Origin: Enoplolaimus lenunculus | Taxonomy: Eukaryota | Length of the DNA stretch: 64,000 nt | Reading direction: 5' to 3' | NCBI GenBank assembly: GCA_030248215.1 | Contig: JASANG010002859.1 | Coordinates: forward strand, 248,001 to 312,000 | Shown: positions 13,501 through 26,594 of the stretch, one piece after another | Layout of the letters: the number at the start of each line of letters is the position of its first letter | Position numbering within the stretch: the stretch's first letter is position 1 | Notes under the pieces: model-generated | What the model saw: only the letters and a program-made list of their open reading frames with translations | The model's database searches: none | Told to the model about the DNA's origin: nothing | Translations under genes and position numbers: made by a program

Positions 13501-13980
13501 TAACTCACTAGCGTTTCAAATCAAACGTTGGTAGCGCGCCAAATCAGCTATTTGACAATAACTCGTTCACCAAACGTCCGATTTCGGAAACTGTTACACC
13601 GTTCGACTCAGCTCAAGTAATCAAAATCGAATACAAAGGGGAACCATGGAAGGTTTAACATTAATTTTTTTCAAAAATTCAAATTTTAGCGTAAACGACG
13701 TCATGAGAAGCTCGAATATGCAAAAATTTCCAAACTCAAACCATTTTTGGGCAAACGCCGGCTGCGCGATAATGGAAAACACCCAAAAAGTGTAGTAGAA
13801 TTATTGAAACAAACAGCCCTAGCGATAACAGCTGTTTGAAATTGCATTGAGTAGCAGGGCGGAAAACGACCGACGTTTAGCAATTTGAACTGCCTAAAAA
13901 ACCAAAATCAGGATCGAGTCTCCAACTGAAATAAAGTCTGACACAAAAATTACACACACATGTACCACATGTGGAATGCT

Positions 13981-14071
13981 AAACAACAACAACAACAATA
14001 ACAACAACAACAACAACACCACCAACAACAACAACACCAACACCACCAGCAACAACAACAACAACAACACC

Positions 14072-14109
<38 letters not shown>

Positions 14110-14232
14110 ACAACAACACCAACACCACCACCAACAACAACAACAAACAACAACAAACAACAACAATTCCAACACCAACAACAACAAACAACGACAACAA
14201 CAAACAACAACAACAACACCAACAACAACAAC
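13981..14232 (+). repeat. imperfect (AAC/CAC)n microsatellite
   Basis: ~250 bp of AAC units with interruptions; source of the spurious poly-N/L/C/V ORFs. Confidence 0.95.
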
Positions 14233-14646
14233 CCAGCGGTTGAATCATTCTCTACATTCATCCACAACAGAAGCCTAACTTTCAAAACTTTCCTTCGACC
14301 AGTAATGAAATATGCGATAGCCTGCCTGTCGTGTTCGTGTATATGTAAGTCACATGACCACAGTCACGCCGAACACAATACAAAGACTATCGCATTTAGC
14401 TAAACGTACCTAACTTTACCCGTTCGAACCATATCTAAAGTAACTGATAGCTTTGCTACGCTCACAGTTGCGCTGCTGTAGCGCTGGCTAAACGTACAGA
14501 ATCACCCTACCCATTCGACTCTGACGGTCAATGAACACCACACAAAATAGGTACAAACTCATAGTTTTCATACAGACAACGTTCATTCATCGTCAGTTAC
14601 ACCGGTACAATCAAACCTGCTATTTTTTGACTTCAAACCAGTCGCT

Positions 14647-15749
14647 GACTGGGTTGGTTGTAGAACCATAATTTAAGTCGTCCTTTGAGACTTAAGTCAA
14701 TTTAGAGCCCGTATTCTCAAATGTGTGTAGCACCTATCACCAGTTGGCAGAGTGCAACCGGAATTACAATTTACCGGAACCGAAACCGGAAAGTGAAAAA
14801 TGCATTTCACCAAAAATTTCATTTAATCTTATTTTTGCTCTATTATTTGTGAAACAACCTTAGTCGAACATAGGTATTTATTTTATTTGTTGTATTTTAG
14901 ATTTTCATCATCGACTGACGTGAAATCCACCATCAATGGCATATATTCGGAGTACAAGTGGCTTTCAAAAGAGATTCTTAAAAATTAGCAAAGTTAAGAA
15001 AACGGCCAAATTATAACGGAATTTTTAAATCCGGTAAAAATTGGAACCGGAACCGGAAGGTGAAAATATGCCGGAACCGGAATTCCGGTTGCACCCTGCC
15101 AGTTGGTGATAGTTCCTGTAACTTTGGAACCAGCGCATGTGTGGGTCGAACAGTCAGCACACTGTTCGCTGTTGACTTGCACTACTTCTGTACAAATTTT
15201 GAAATCTGCAGTTATATACATGTGTTCGTCAGTTTGAAAACCTATCGCTAACTGATGATAGGTGCTATACGCATTTGAGAATATGGGCCTAGGTCTTAAG
15301 TCGTAGCTAAAGCAACTGAAATTGCTTGGTCTACGACTTATGTACTGATCAGGATAAATCTTAAGCATTTCAACGTTGAATGGTAAGATTTATAACGGAA
15401 AACTTAACAAAGGGCTTAAGGTTACTAAAAGTTAAACATACGTATAGCTGGGTTGCAGAGACGTTACTTAAGTCAACCTTAGACTTAAGAGTCGTACTCG
15501 AACTTAAAATGAGCAGCGGAATTAAAGTTTAAAAACTCAAACGCTTTGACAAGAGCACCGTGTTCTCATTCGAGTATATTTACCTCACTTCAAAAACCAG
15601 AACTAGAAGCTGTAATTATATAATATAGCGTCTGCTGCCATCAGCATAAGTGGCACGCCAAAAACATACTGAAAACTTTTCGACTCAAGTCATTTCGGAC
15701 TTGAGTCAAAAGGTCGACACTTAAGTCATGTTTCTGCACAACCCAGTCA
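14647..15749. mobile_element. triple nested MITE cluster
   Basis: Outer element GACTGGGTTG...CAACCCAGTC contains MITE 14705-15290, which contains hAT-like MITE 14748-15098 with perfect TSD CCAGTTGG. Confidence 0.75.
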
Positions 15750-17476
15750 CTACTTGATAAATATAGTCATAGTGAAATTGATTATTAGCCGAATCGCGAA
15801 CAATGTAACACCACCATTTCGTTCGACTCGGCTGCTCAAAACGCGTCAAATGATATTTAAATTGTTAAACATTTTGAAGATGCGTAAATTTATGAACTTA
15901 AAAAAAACTTGTTTTTAATTCAAATTTGAAAGTCGACTGAGATCTGTCGGGAGCGACCATGATGACCAAGGTCAAATATACAAAAACCAGAATGCGACCG
16001 GATCGCAAAAAACCCGTATGCCGGAACCGGACCCGGATAGTGATTTTTTACCGGAACCGGATGTTAACCGGATAGTATTTTTTAAATAAATCAATTTTTA
16101 GCACGTTAATGCGTCAGTAAATGTTAATTTACCTTTAGTAAACGGAATACTGCGTTTATATAAAGAAAACTCACCGAAATATCACAGTAAAATACTGTAC
16201 ATCTTACAAATTCCCATCATAATCGCCACGTTACTAACCAAACCATGTTCGGACAATCAAAGTATGCTCAAATACCTTCTCGGTTCTGTTAGACTACTGT
16301 ATACTTGCATGTAATGGGACTGAAAACATAGCATCTCACAACATAATTTGCAATAATTTGACATTTACGAAATCATCACCGAAATCCGGTATCCGGTAGG
16401 CTTATACCGGATACCAGAACCGGATGCGGGTTTTTTGCCGGATAGTAAACCGGAACCGGATATCCGGTCGAACCGTAGCAAAAACTTCCAAAATTCACCC
16501 AATTTTGAACGAATGTCTGCTGTAGACATCACCAAAAAAGACGAAAATATACATTTCCAAAAGGTCAATAATATCATATACACACAGCTGGCTTTTATCT
16601 CCGAAAATCGAACACTCAATCCCCTCAAACGCTTACAAAACAACATTGTCACTAATGTCTACCCCCCGAACGTTAATTTTCTATACGGCCCCCGCCCCTC
16701 ATATGACTGAACAACGCACATATTCTTTCTCTCTCGGTGACTGCTTACATCACAACACAAATCGTCAGACATTTCGGCGACATGTGAATTATGACCAATT
16801 TTTTCACACAAAATTTGAAAACAAATGCTTATAAACATGTAAAATTGAGCAAAACACATTTGTAACCAAAAAAGTCAATAATCCGAAACAAAAACATTAA
16901 AATACACAAATACAGCAAAGAATTTCAGGCCTGAGTCATTTTATGACCAAATTGTAGCTTAGAAGTGCGTTTGAGCAAACTCCAAAAACAGTGTTACACT
17001 GCAACGGAAAAATGTCTATCGCTAAAAATAAGAAAAATAAATAAAATACAAAACACATGAGAGAAACATACGTCGCTCCGACAGCTTTTATTAAGGCATT
17101 TCGTCGACTCCGACAACTCGTCGCCCTAATAATCTCATAAGCCCCTCATCTAGTCGCCCCAAAATCTTGTAGACCGATCTGCCTAATTCTGAACCGTTGG
17201 TCATGCAGTCATAAAAATGGTACCGTTGAATTCAGCTCGTCCAGATCTACAGGATGGACCCTTTTTATCAAAATCCTAGGGGTGTCCTAATTGCGTACCT
17301 CCGCCATGTTATGCTGGCCAAAAAATTGTCTAGTCGGCGAGTTGTCGTACATCAACCTACTGGTGGTCGATGAAATGTCGGTCGATGAATTGTCGTGATT
17401 GTCGTCCCATTTACTTCCAGATTTCTTCAAACTTGTTTTTACATCGGTTGTAGTTAAAAAAAGAATACATACATAA

Positions 17477-17783
17477 TATGTCGTAGGCCAATCTGGTATT
17501 CCGGTCAATTACCAACTGGCCTAGGCCAATCTGCTCTTCGACGCAAATAGCAGTTTGGCCTAGACGAAATAGCGATTGCGAGATGTCGCAAACAACAATG
17601 ATGTACGACCAACGCTGATTGGTTAACGGTATTGTGTCTACCTAAATAATCAAGTCTGATTGATCTATAATTTCAATAGCAGTTTAGCCCTAAGCCCACG
17701 CCAAACGGCTATTACATAAAATAGCAGACTGGCCTAGGCCAATTAGTAATTGGCACGAATAGCAGATCGGCCTACGACACATA
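17477..17783. mobile_element. MITE with TIR TATGTCGTAGGCCAATCTG
   Basis: Inverted termini (...CAGATCGGCCTACGACACATA) and internal GGCCTAGGCCAAT repeats. Confidence 0.65.
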
Positions 17784-18583
17784 CACGAAAGACGCAACAC
17801 GACAGCAAAACTGGCCACTGAGCAACGCATCAAATAAATTTGCTCACACCGCTTGGATTTCAGTTTTTGCGCCTATAGTTCTTTGAAAATCTTGCTCGAC
17901 AACGTCTACTAAACCAAACATTTCCAAACAAAACATTTCATCAACATTCGAACGGCCGACCCCCCCCATCGTTCTAAAAGATGCACCAAAGGGTGCTAAC
18001 GATTTAAAAAAAGTAGTCGATCCAGACATGCGGTTGCCCAAAAATGCTCCGAATTAAAAAAACGTTGCACTTTTTCGACTTTTCATTACTTTTTCCCCGA
18101 TCACCTTCAACAAATTTAAATTTCTCAAATATTAAACTGTTTGAGATTGATTGAGATCATTCTAAAATTTGACAATAATCGAAAAAAACTATTTTTCGTA
18201 AATTTAGAGATTTAAAAGCCTTGCATACGCAGCTTGATGATCGGTGTTGATTTTTCTGATTTTGGTACTACTATTTTCTAATTCGATAACCAGCGCGACA
18301 AACAAACAACGCTCAACTCTGTTCATCAAGCCGCGTCGACCGATTTTGAATTTAAAAATACTGATCGAAAATACTGGTCACGAGAATACAAAATAAATAT
18401 ACACAAAATGTTTCCCAATTTTAGCCATTTTTCGAAAATTTAAACTTGAAAATTTGAATACAACTTTAAGCAAAGCGAAAAGCACAGGACATAAACCTCG
18501 TTTGAAGAACTGATTGAAATGTTCAGATTATAAAAATCTAAACACGATGTTTAAGCACACACTCAACAGGTATGTAACAGATA

Positions 18584-18744
18584 CGGGCTTGTAGCCAAGG
18601 GGGGCCGGGGGGCTCAGCCCCCCTGGAAAAACTTTGGCCCCCCCTAGAAGATTTTCAATTTTGCTTGTAAGTCATTGAAAACCATTGAATGCCCCTACTG
18701 ATAAGTTTTGGCCCCACAAGCAAGGTGAGCTAGCTACGGGCCTG
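18584..18744. mobile_element. short hAT-like MITE (GGGCCCGTAGC TIR)
   Basis: TSD AACAGATA/AACAGACA; related copies at 50225-50385 (TSD AGCCGCAT/G) and 51724-51889 (GATAAACA/T). Confidence 0.7.
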
Positions 18745-19121
18745 AACAGACAGGGTTCCAACAGGAACCAAGTTTTGCCAGAACAAGGAACCGAAATTTG
18801 GAATAATTTTCGTCAGATAATTACTGTTAAAACTTTTTAGAAAAAACTAGCCAACAAACAAGTGGCTTATACGAATTTTCAGCTATTTCATCAGCAAGTT
18901 TTGCGAAAACATTACATTGTTAATCTAACAGTTTGTTAACAAAATTGAACTAATTTATTGCAAAAACAATCCTTTTCGAAATTACAACGTTTTGAGAGGA
19001 AAACCAGTGTTTTTCTCTCTTGAGTTAACTTCTTTGAGTGAATTGGTTTAAGTCACGGGTACGTCATTACCCGGTATTGTCATTGCCAGTTAGAGATTAG
19101 CGGTGGGGACCGCTCACATAC

Positions 19122-19204
19122 GCTCTATTTCCTTTCTTGGCTTAGCATCTTTAATAGGTTTAATCTGCAACTTCGATTGCAGTAGCATTCCGTTCTCATG
19201 TATA
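19122..19204 (-). CDS. candidate alternative or poison exon inside the DUSP-like intron
   Basis: Acceptor TTTTTCAG, donor gtatgt. From ATG 19188 it reads MLLQSKLQIKPIKDAKPRKEIE with a phase-1 end. Spliced as a cassette after 23075, it instead ends in TAG. Confidence 0.3.
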
Positions 19205-19819
19205 CTGAAAAATAATAGCTCAAATAAATGACAACTAAAACTCGTCAAAATCAAAATAGAATCCTTCAGTATCTCTATAAATGCCGAAAAAACCTAAGGT
19301 TAGCACGTTGCGTTTATTCCGCTTACACAGCCCATCTAAAAACTATAACAACAACCAGGCTGGTTACTTCGATAAATACAAAATGCTGTATAAAGCCACG
19401 TATACGAAAAAGAACAGCAACGTTCAATCATTAACCTTGTCGAGATCATACGTGCGTAATTTCCTCTTACAGCCCCATAAACGATTGCAAGCACTGGCTT
19501 TGCTGACGTCAAACTCTAAAAAACCTACCTAGGCCAACACGACTCTCTCTCTCGTTCAAGAAAACCATTTTAATTGTACTGTTTCCGCTTGGCGTTTCAA
19601 AGAACATATGAGAAACCGAAATAGCAGCTGCTAATAGTTCAACCCGTAAAGAACTATTATTATACACCGTAACAGTGACTAAACCGTAAATAGCGGAACC
19701 GTATGCGAATATTGTAGAGAGTAATTCGTACGCATTGCTTCAGCTTTTAAATTTGCACTCTTGAAAATCTGAAGTACGGCAATGTTTAACATTATTACAC
19801 TAGTATCAATGCGTTTCAC

Positions 19820-19996
19820 GGCTAATATATAGAACAAGGCCGTAGCAGTAGTATAAGCATATTTCTAAGTGTTGTATAAGCGTAAAAATGATATTGTACC
19901 GAAGATTTAACCTAAGCGAAAAATCTGTTTATGTTTAAGCTTATTCCATTGCAGTCCCACAGAAAAAACGTTCCGCCCATGATCTTTATATAGGTC
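19820..19996. mobile_element. degenerate Merlin-like MITE
   Basis: Same internal and TIR motifs as the family; TSD CGTTTCAC/CGCTTCAC. Confidence 0.55.
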
Positions 19997-20634
19997 CGCT
20001 TCACAAAGGTTTGAACGTTTCAAAACAATGATCTTTGCTTTTTCACAGTCGGAAACAAAGACCTTAACACGAAAGTTTAAAAAATCAGGAAGGACAGTTA
20101 TTTTATGGCGCAACCCCGAAATTCAGTTAAGGTTAGAAATTAAGGTATTTTGCTAAAAATGACGATAAAAATTGACCAGTGTCATTCGTACAGTATATAA
20201 ACCTTGACAAACGCCAAAATAAACCATCGAAAGTAGATTGCGCTTCCGTGGAATATGAAAATCTAAACTACAGCAGAAAAACTGAATAGCTATTTCCACC
20301 AACTAGGGTTATTTAAAAAAAATAAAATGAACTTTTCGGTGGCATGTATTTTCCATTTTCCGGTTCCAGTTCCGTTTCCGGATAATATTTCAAATTCCGG
20401 TTCCGGTAAATTGTTATTCCGGTTACACCCCGAGCAAAAACGGAATTTGAAGTAACCGGAACCGAAAAATGAAAAATACATGCCACCGAAAAGTTCAATC
20501 AGATCGCCAATTAACCTCCGGTGCCTCGAAGCCAGTAAACATTGTCTAAAATTGACGTTCACAAACACTGCTATGTAAATTCAATTCACGCGCAATACAA
20601 ACAACGACTTATACTGGCCGCATATCAGAACTAC

Positions 20635-21773
20635 AACCAGTCGTAGTGGGACTACATTTATTGAGCGAAGCTCGAACGCACGTAAGCAATTAAGTTAATA
20701 TGCAAATTAGTTGTTAGCTAACTATTCATTTATCGGTTTTGGAGGTTTGTAAACAATTTCCTCAGATTCCTCGCACCCAAAAACCTTTCTGCCACTCTAA
20801 TAATTTTTGGAATAATTTAAAAACTCCTAATTTTGTTTTGTCAATTAAGCTAATATGCAAATTAGTTATTAGCTAACTATTCAATTATCGGTTTTGTAGG
20901 TTTGTAAACAATTTATTCAGATTCTTCGCACCCAAAAACCTTCAGTAAACCCTAATAATTATTGAAATAATTCAAAAAGTTTTAGTTTTGCCTTGTCAAT
21001 TAAGCTAATATGCAAATTAGCTATTAGCTAACTATTCAATTATCGGTTTTGGAGGTTTGTAAATAATTTATTCAGATTCTTCTCACCCAAAAACCTTCAG
21101 TAAACCCTAATAATTATTGAAATAATTTAAAAAGTTTTAGTTTTGTCTCGTCAATTAAGCTAATATGCAAATTAGCTATTAGCTAACTATTCAATTATCG
21201 GTTTTGGATGTTTGTAAACTATTTATTCAAATTCCTTGCACCAGAAAACCCTTTAGTGCTGAAATTATATTGCTTTTAACCTTAATAATTAGTGAAATAT
21301 TGTAAAAAGTCCTAATTTAGGCTTATAAACTTTGCTAATATGCAAATTATCTATTAGCTAACTGCTCAATTATCGGTTTTGGAGGTTTGTAAACAGTCTA
21401 CGCAGATTCCTTGCACTCAAAAACCCTTTAACGTTAAAATTAGATTGCTTCTAACTGTAATAATTAGTGAAATATTGTGGAAAGTCCTAATTTAGGCTTA
21501 ATTAATTATGCAAATTCTTGCACTCAAAAACCCTTTAACGTTAAAATTAGATTGCTTCTAACTGTAATAATTAGTGAAATATTGTGGAAAGTCCTAATTT
21601 AGGCTTAATTAATTATGCAAATTAGCCTGTAGCTAAGCTAATAAACGGCTTAAAATTTTATAACCCCAATGCGAGGCTGACACCCCAGGTAATAGACGGA
21701 CGGACGGAAATCCACCTTTCGACCCCCAAGTACAAAACATAAAACGCTTCGCGAAACTCCGAGCTTCGCTGAA
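20635..21773 (-). mobile_element. DINE-1/HINE-like (Helentron-associated) element with central 155-bp tandem repeats
   Basis: Subterminal IR AGCGAAGCTCG (20664-20674)/CGAGCTTCGCT (21760-21770), (GGAC)n microsatellite, terminal hairpin GTAGTgggACTAC, central tandem repeats. Confidence 0.75.
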
Positions 21774-22287
21774 TAAGCCGTGGAGTTAGTACAAGTTGAC
21801 TAAACATCATCGGGTTTACAGCTTACATTTTAAAAGTTTCTAATTAGACGAACATTAACCTTTTATGGCAATAAAATGAAATGGTCTATGTGGATTAAAT
21901 AACTTAAGATGTAGTCATCAACACCTGGGGTGTAGCCGCAGACAGCAATTTGGAAATGATGTCATTTTAAGACTTCGAAAGTGGAAAGAGTGGCGCTATA
22001 ATATGACTCAGAAGAGAAAGTTCTTGTGTTACTGACTGTAAAACTTCGTCGAAAATCTATGAGTAAACTCACCGACAGAACTTTGACCACTAAAAACACC
22101 TCCTGGCTAGTCCCTTGACCAGCACATGTCAGATGTACTGCCACCCACAGTGCTGCACGTGGACCTTATTACGTTAAGTCCTATGTACTTTAACTCAGTT
22201 TTCAGCGAATTTCTAAAACTGTATATACATTTAGTTCCTTAAAGTTCAATAAAGCATATAGTACGTACATTTAACATCAGCTCATTA

Positions 22288-22882
22288 AACCAGTCGTAGT
22301 GGGACTGTGTTGAGCGAAGCTCGAACACTTTTAAGCAATTATGCTAATATGCAACTTAGTTATTAGCTTACTATTCATTTATCGGTTTTGGATGTTTGTA
22401 AACAATTTATGAAATTTGATTGCTTGTAACTTTGAAAATAAATTAATGAAATACAGCAAAAAGTCATAATTTAGGCTTATCAATTATGCTAATATGCAAA
22501 TTAGCTAAGTATTCAAATATCGGTTTTGAAGATTTGTGGACAATTAATTCAAATTCCTCGCGTCCCAAAACCCTTTAGTACTAAAATTGCATTGCTTGTA
22601 ACCGTAATAACTAGTGAGATATCTTAAAAAGTCCCAGGTTTAACCAATTATGCAAATTAGCCTGTAGCTAAAAACGGTTTACAATTTTAAAACACCAATC
22701 CGAGGTTAACACCTCAGCATGATAGGCTTTCAAACAAAAAATGTTTATCAAAATCGGTTCAACGGTTCCTGAGATCCTTTTCGGACGGACGGACGGACAT
22801 CCACCTTTCTACCCCCGAGCAGCACAAAATATAAAACGCTTCACTAAACTCCGAGCGTCGCTCGAAGTTTCGTTTCGCTCAA
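22288..22882 (-). mobile_element. DINE-1/HINE-like element, second copy
   Basis: Same termini, (CGGA)n tract and fewer central repeats; a third deleted copy lies at 23221-23408. Confidence 0.7.
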
Positions 22883-23074
22883 AAAAGAAGGAAATAAACA
22901 AACAAACAACGAAAGATTAAGAAACGAACAAAAGCAAATAGAACCTATATAAAAGCAATGGTCCAAGTTTCAACTACTAGGAGGCAAACAGACACTAAAA
23001 TATTGCTCACTATAATTCTGATTTCACGAGTCACCAAAAAATTAATATACCTAAGAAAACGGTAAATAACTTAC

Positions 23075-26037
23075 CTTTCAACACAACAAGTTTTCGGAAA
23101 TGGCATGTTGAAAGTTTGCCAAGTAATATCGTCATAAAAGATTGGTCGGTGACGGTGCGACCAGCAGCATTTTTGCTTGAATCACCGCCTGCCAGCGGGC
23201 ACTTTTTTTGAAACCTAAATAAACCAGTCGTAGTAGAACTACATGTATTGAGCGAAGCTGGGACATATGTACTTTTAAATCAGTCTAGTGAAGCATTCGA
23301 TACTTATAAAGAATAAATGAATGAGCTTAGTTATTAGCCTACTATTCATTGATCGGTTTTGGAGGTTTATATTCATTCACATTATCGCACCCAAAAACCT
23401 TCGCTCAATAAATAACTATTAAGCGTATGTAAACCAATATATGCTCGATTTTCATTTTCCCAACAATTTCCAGGCTAAGCTTATGATGTATATCATCACT
23501 GTTTTCACAACAGAATCAGAGTATGAATGAAGACCTGCTACTAAATGGTCTTTTATTCATTCCCATTTTTTGATTTGAGGAGGGTTCCAAGTTAAATCTA
23601 CGGGCATTTTAGCGCGGGAGGCGATTTACCCAGGTTCAACCTGACCTTGTGGGCAGTGTTGTACGTTACATACTGCAGTTGCGTTAACTTTCAGTATATG
23701 ATATCCATTTCAGAAATCATTTTAGCGATATTTTTGACACACATGTGCTCGCAGAAGTGGTGTATTCACGATACCTTAAAGACTTTTAGCTGGGTAGAAA
23801 AATTTTAAGGTGAACATTACATAAGGAATAAATGATGACCCCATCACTCTGAAACAAGTGGATGGTGGTATCAACCTTGGGGACAACGAAAAAGAAAAGC
23901 ATAAACTTAAAATTGTTTCCACTAAGCTACTTTAACCTTGGATACACTTTCTGCCACTCAGCGATAGATTTCTTTACCTGCACTTCGACGCAACAGGGCA
24001 TCTACTGGCAGCTGGCGATTTCGCCAGATCAAGCCCTCCGCTCAACGCCTCTGAGCTGTCATCGTACAACACTACGTTCAGCTGTTGAGGCTCATGACTA
24101 ACCCATTCACTGTCTGGTAACTGTTGCGATAGCAGATCAAGCACACACATCTGTTGAGTAATAAAATTATTCCTGTTCCCATGTTTTTTCTTTCATTGTT
24201 ACCAAAATGAAAGTATGGTTATCTTGTGGTTAGGGTTAACGATCAAAACGACATGTTAATCAGCGTAGATGCCACACAGCTGTAGTATCCTTCCAACATT
24301 AGTTACACTAAACTTATACGCATAATAGACAAATTAACATTTCGACCGGATAGACGCACGAGAATAATAACGAAACATACACATCTAATTCTGGCATTTA
24401 CAGGGCCTTAAGGCTTAAAACAGTTGTTTCTTGAAATGGTAACTAGAAAGGTAATAACTGGGAACTGATACGACATTCGGTAGACGGCAACGGAACCGGA
24501 ATTAGTATGGTTTCGGTTGAACTGCTGACAATTTGGTTGTTTGTCTGACAGTGGAAGCCGTCCTGAAACGTTTCCCATTTGATAGATTAGAGCATACCAT
24601 GCATACGTAATAGGTATCACATAACCTTGTTTTTGTACATACAATTTCAATAAAATTAATGTACAGTAATCGACAGTTTTTCAAACACAAATCTCACTGT
24701 CAAGCATACGTGGTAAATAATTTAATAATTATAGTATAATGAATAATTCAAACCACGTAGCAGTTAATATAACCATAGGCGTATACACGAGGGTTTCCTA
24801 CCGCTGTCGTGCCATATTTTCATCTAGCTCATTTTCCCCTTTCCAAGTACCATATTTTCACCCTACCAAATTTCTCACATTCAGAATTTATAGACTCTTC
24901 AACTTAGAAAGAAAATACTACATATTTTTCGAATTTAACCCACGGTAGCACGGCCTAGCTTGAGATTTGTCTAATTTCTTATTGTACGTACTCACCCACC
25001 TTACAACGATTTTAATCAATATGTACACGGCAGGGTTCGGCCGGAATTCCTGTTCCGGCCGGAATTCCTGTTCCGGCCGGAATTACTGCAAAAATTCAAT
25101 TCCTGTTCCTTCCTGCATTCAAAATGCATTTTGTGGCAAGACATTTGGTTATGGTCCCCACCCCACAGAAACTTAATATCTGGCTCTGATTATGGTATCC
25201 CGTATTTCGACATCGGGTTTTACCTTGCACGAAAAAGCAGAAAATATGGCAATGTGGGGGAAATGGCAATGGGAGCAATATGGCATGGTGAAAATATGGC
25301 ACAATACCGCCCTGACACGCCAATTTTGCAAGAATCAGCACAAATTGTGCCAGCGCTAAAATTAGAACTAAATGCATATTTTCCGAAAACCTGAACACTA
25401 CTGTAGTAGTCGACCATTGTTTTTATTTGTGGACAATTTAAAAATCCTCTACGACCCCCGACCCGACCCCATCCGACTTGTATTTATATGAGGGCGGACC
25501 CCTTCCGAAATCAATTCCTGGGTACGCGCCTGAATACCTGAATATAACCCACCTTGTTTTCAACCAAGCGTCTGCGAATTAGCTTTGAACAACAAACATT
25601 GACAGCTCCTCTAATTCGCGCAGTATTATAATCCAAAAATCGGCGGCAATCAATAACAACAAGCTGAAGCGTTTTAAACAAATAAATGACTATTGTAGAA
25701 CGTGTGATATGATTTTGGATAGCGATATTTGCCACCGGACACCGAACGGGCGACGTTAAAATTGTTAAAAAGTACAGCACCACCCTAACGGTAACAGTTA
25801 AAGCATTCCTTCTAGTAAACTTAATATCAAGCCCTTAAATACACGTGATGGTATTTAGCGCAGGCAAAACGCAGAGTACCATACAACAAAACAACGAAAT
25901 ATTCTAAACTAATGAAATATAATACATAGCAACATTTGTTCACAGCCAAAACATACTCTTGACAAACCATCGCCACTTCCAGGTTCACCCTTATCAACCA
26001 TTTCAGCCAATTTCTCCACCTCGATATACTCCCCCAT
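23075..26037 (-). CDS. vhp-1: DUSP8/DUSP16 (vhp-1)-like dual-specificity MAP kinase phosphatase, N-terminal rhodanese/kinase-interaction domain exons (3'-partial)
   Basis: Exons complement(25957-26037, 25553-25663, 23978-24150, 23075-23214), all GT-AG and phase-compatible (0,0,2; last ends in phase 1). Translation: MGEYIEVEKLAEMVDKGEPGSGDGLSR/LVVIDCRRFLDYNTARIRGAVNVCCSKLIRRRLVENK/MCVLDLLSQQLPDSEWVSHEPQQLNVVLYDDSSEALSGG...SKC/RFQKKCP...DQSFMTILLGKLSTCHFRKLVVLK(G). It has the DxR-F-xYN, VNxCCSKLxRRRL, VVLYD and FxxxLLxKL...LxG motifs of DUSP8/16. The frame is also open upstream to an acceptor at 26103. Catalytic-domain exons were not found in the window. Confidence 0.88.
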
Positions 26038-26194
26038 CGCAAACACGTCTCGCAGACCCTCGGATGAGGGTTCGCAGGAGAAATTGCTAGAGGATTTGCA
26101 ACACTAAAACCAATACACAAACACTAAAACCCAAATGCATTATAAAAACACTTATTGATTATGATACATATGAACGAAATCAATGCTCGTAAGC

Positions 26195-26594
26195 CAGGAT
26201 GGCAACAAAAGTTCGGATCAGATTCGGCAAATTTGCGGTTCGGATTCGGTTTCGGTTGTGGAAAAGCCGAAATGAACAGTGTTCGGCATAAAATTTTTAT
26301 ATAAATATGTTCTAACATATATAAATAAATATTTTTGTTTTAGGTCATCAATCTCAGAACCTGATATCGGTCACGAAATAGCTGCGTTTGCGAAAAACGT
26401 TGATGTACTCGAATAATACATGTTACTCATTTTGCAGGTCGAAAAGCAATGTTCTAATTTTATTACGTTTGTATTCTGAAATAAATTATCGACAGATATA
26501 TCTGACATTTGCAAAATGCAAGGTTTGCATTCAGATTCGGCAACTGAGCAATAAAATCGGATTTGGTCAAATCTTGGATTCTGTGCCACCGCTC
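26195..26594. mobile_element. hAT-like MITE, unexpanded relative of 10720-11631
   Basis: Shared termini and internal sequence in reverse orientation, with a single minisatellite-like unit. Confidence 0.6.

Noticed and set aside
13894..14285. Poly-Asn/Leu/Cys/Val ORFs
   Set aside because: They are translations of an AAC microsatellite in an intron.
21915..22200. Possible Penelope-like retroelement fragment or hammerhead ribozyme
   Set aside because: The resemblance is vague, there is no intact CTGAnGA/GAAA core with pairing stems, and the frame closes after ~30 codons.
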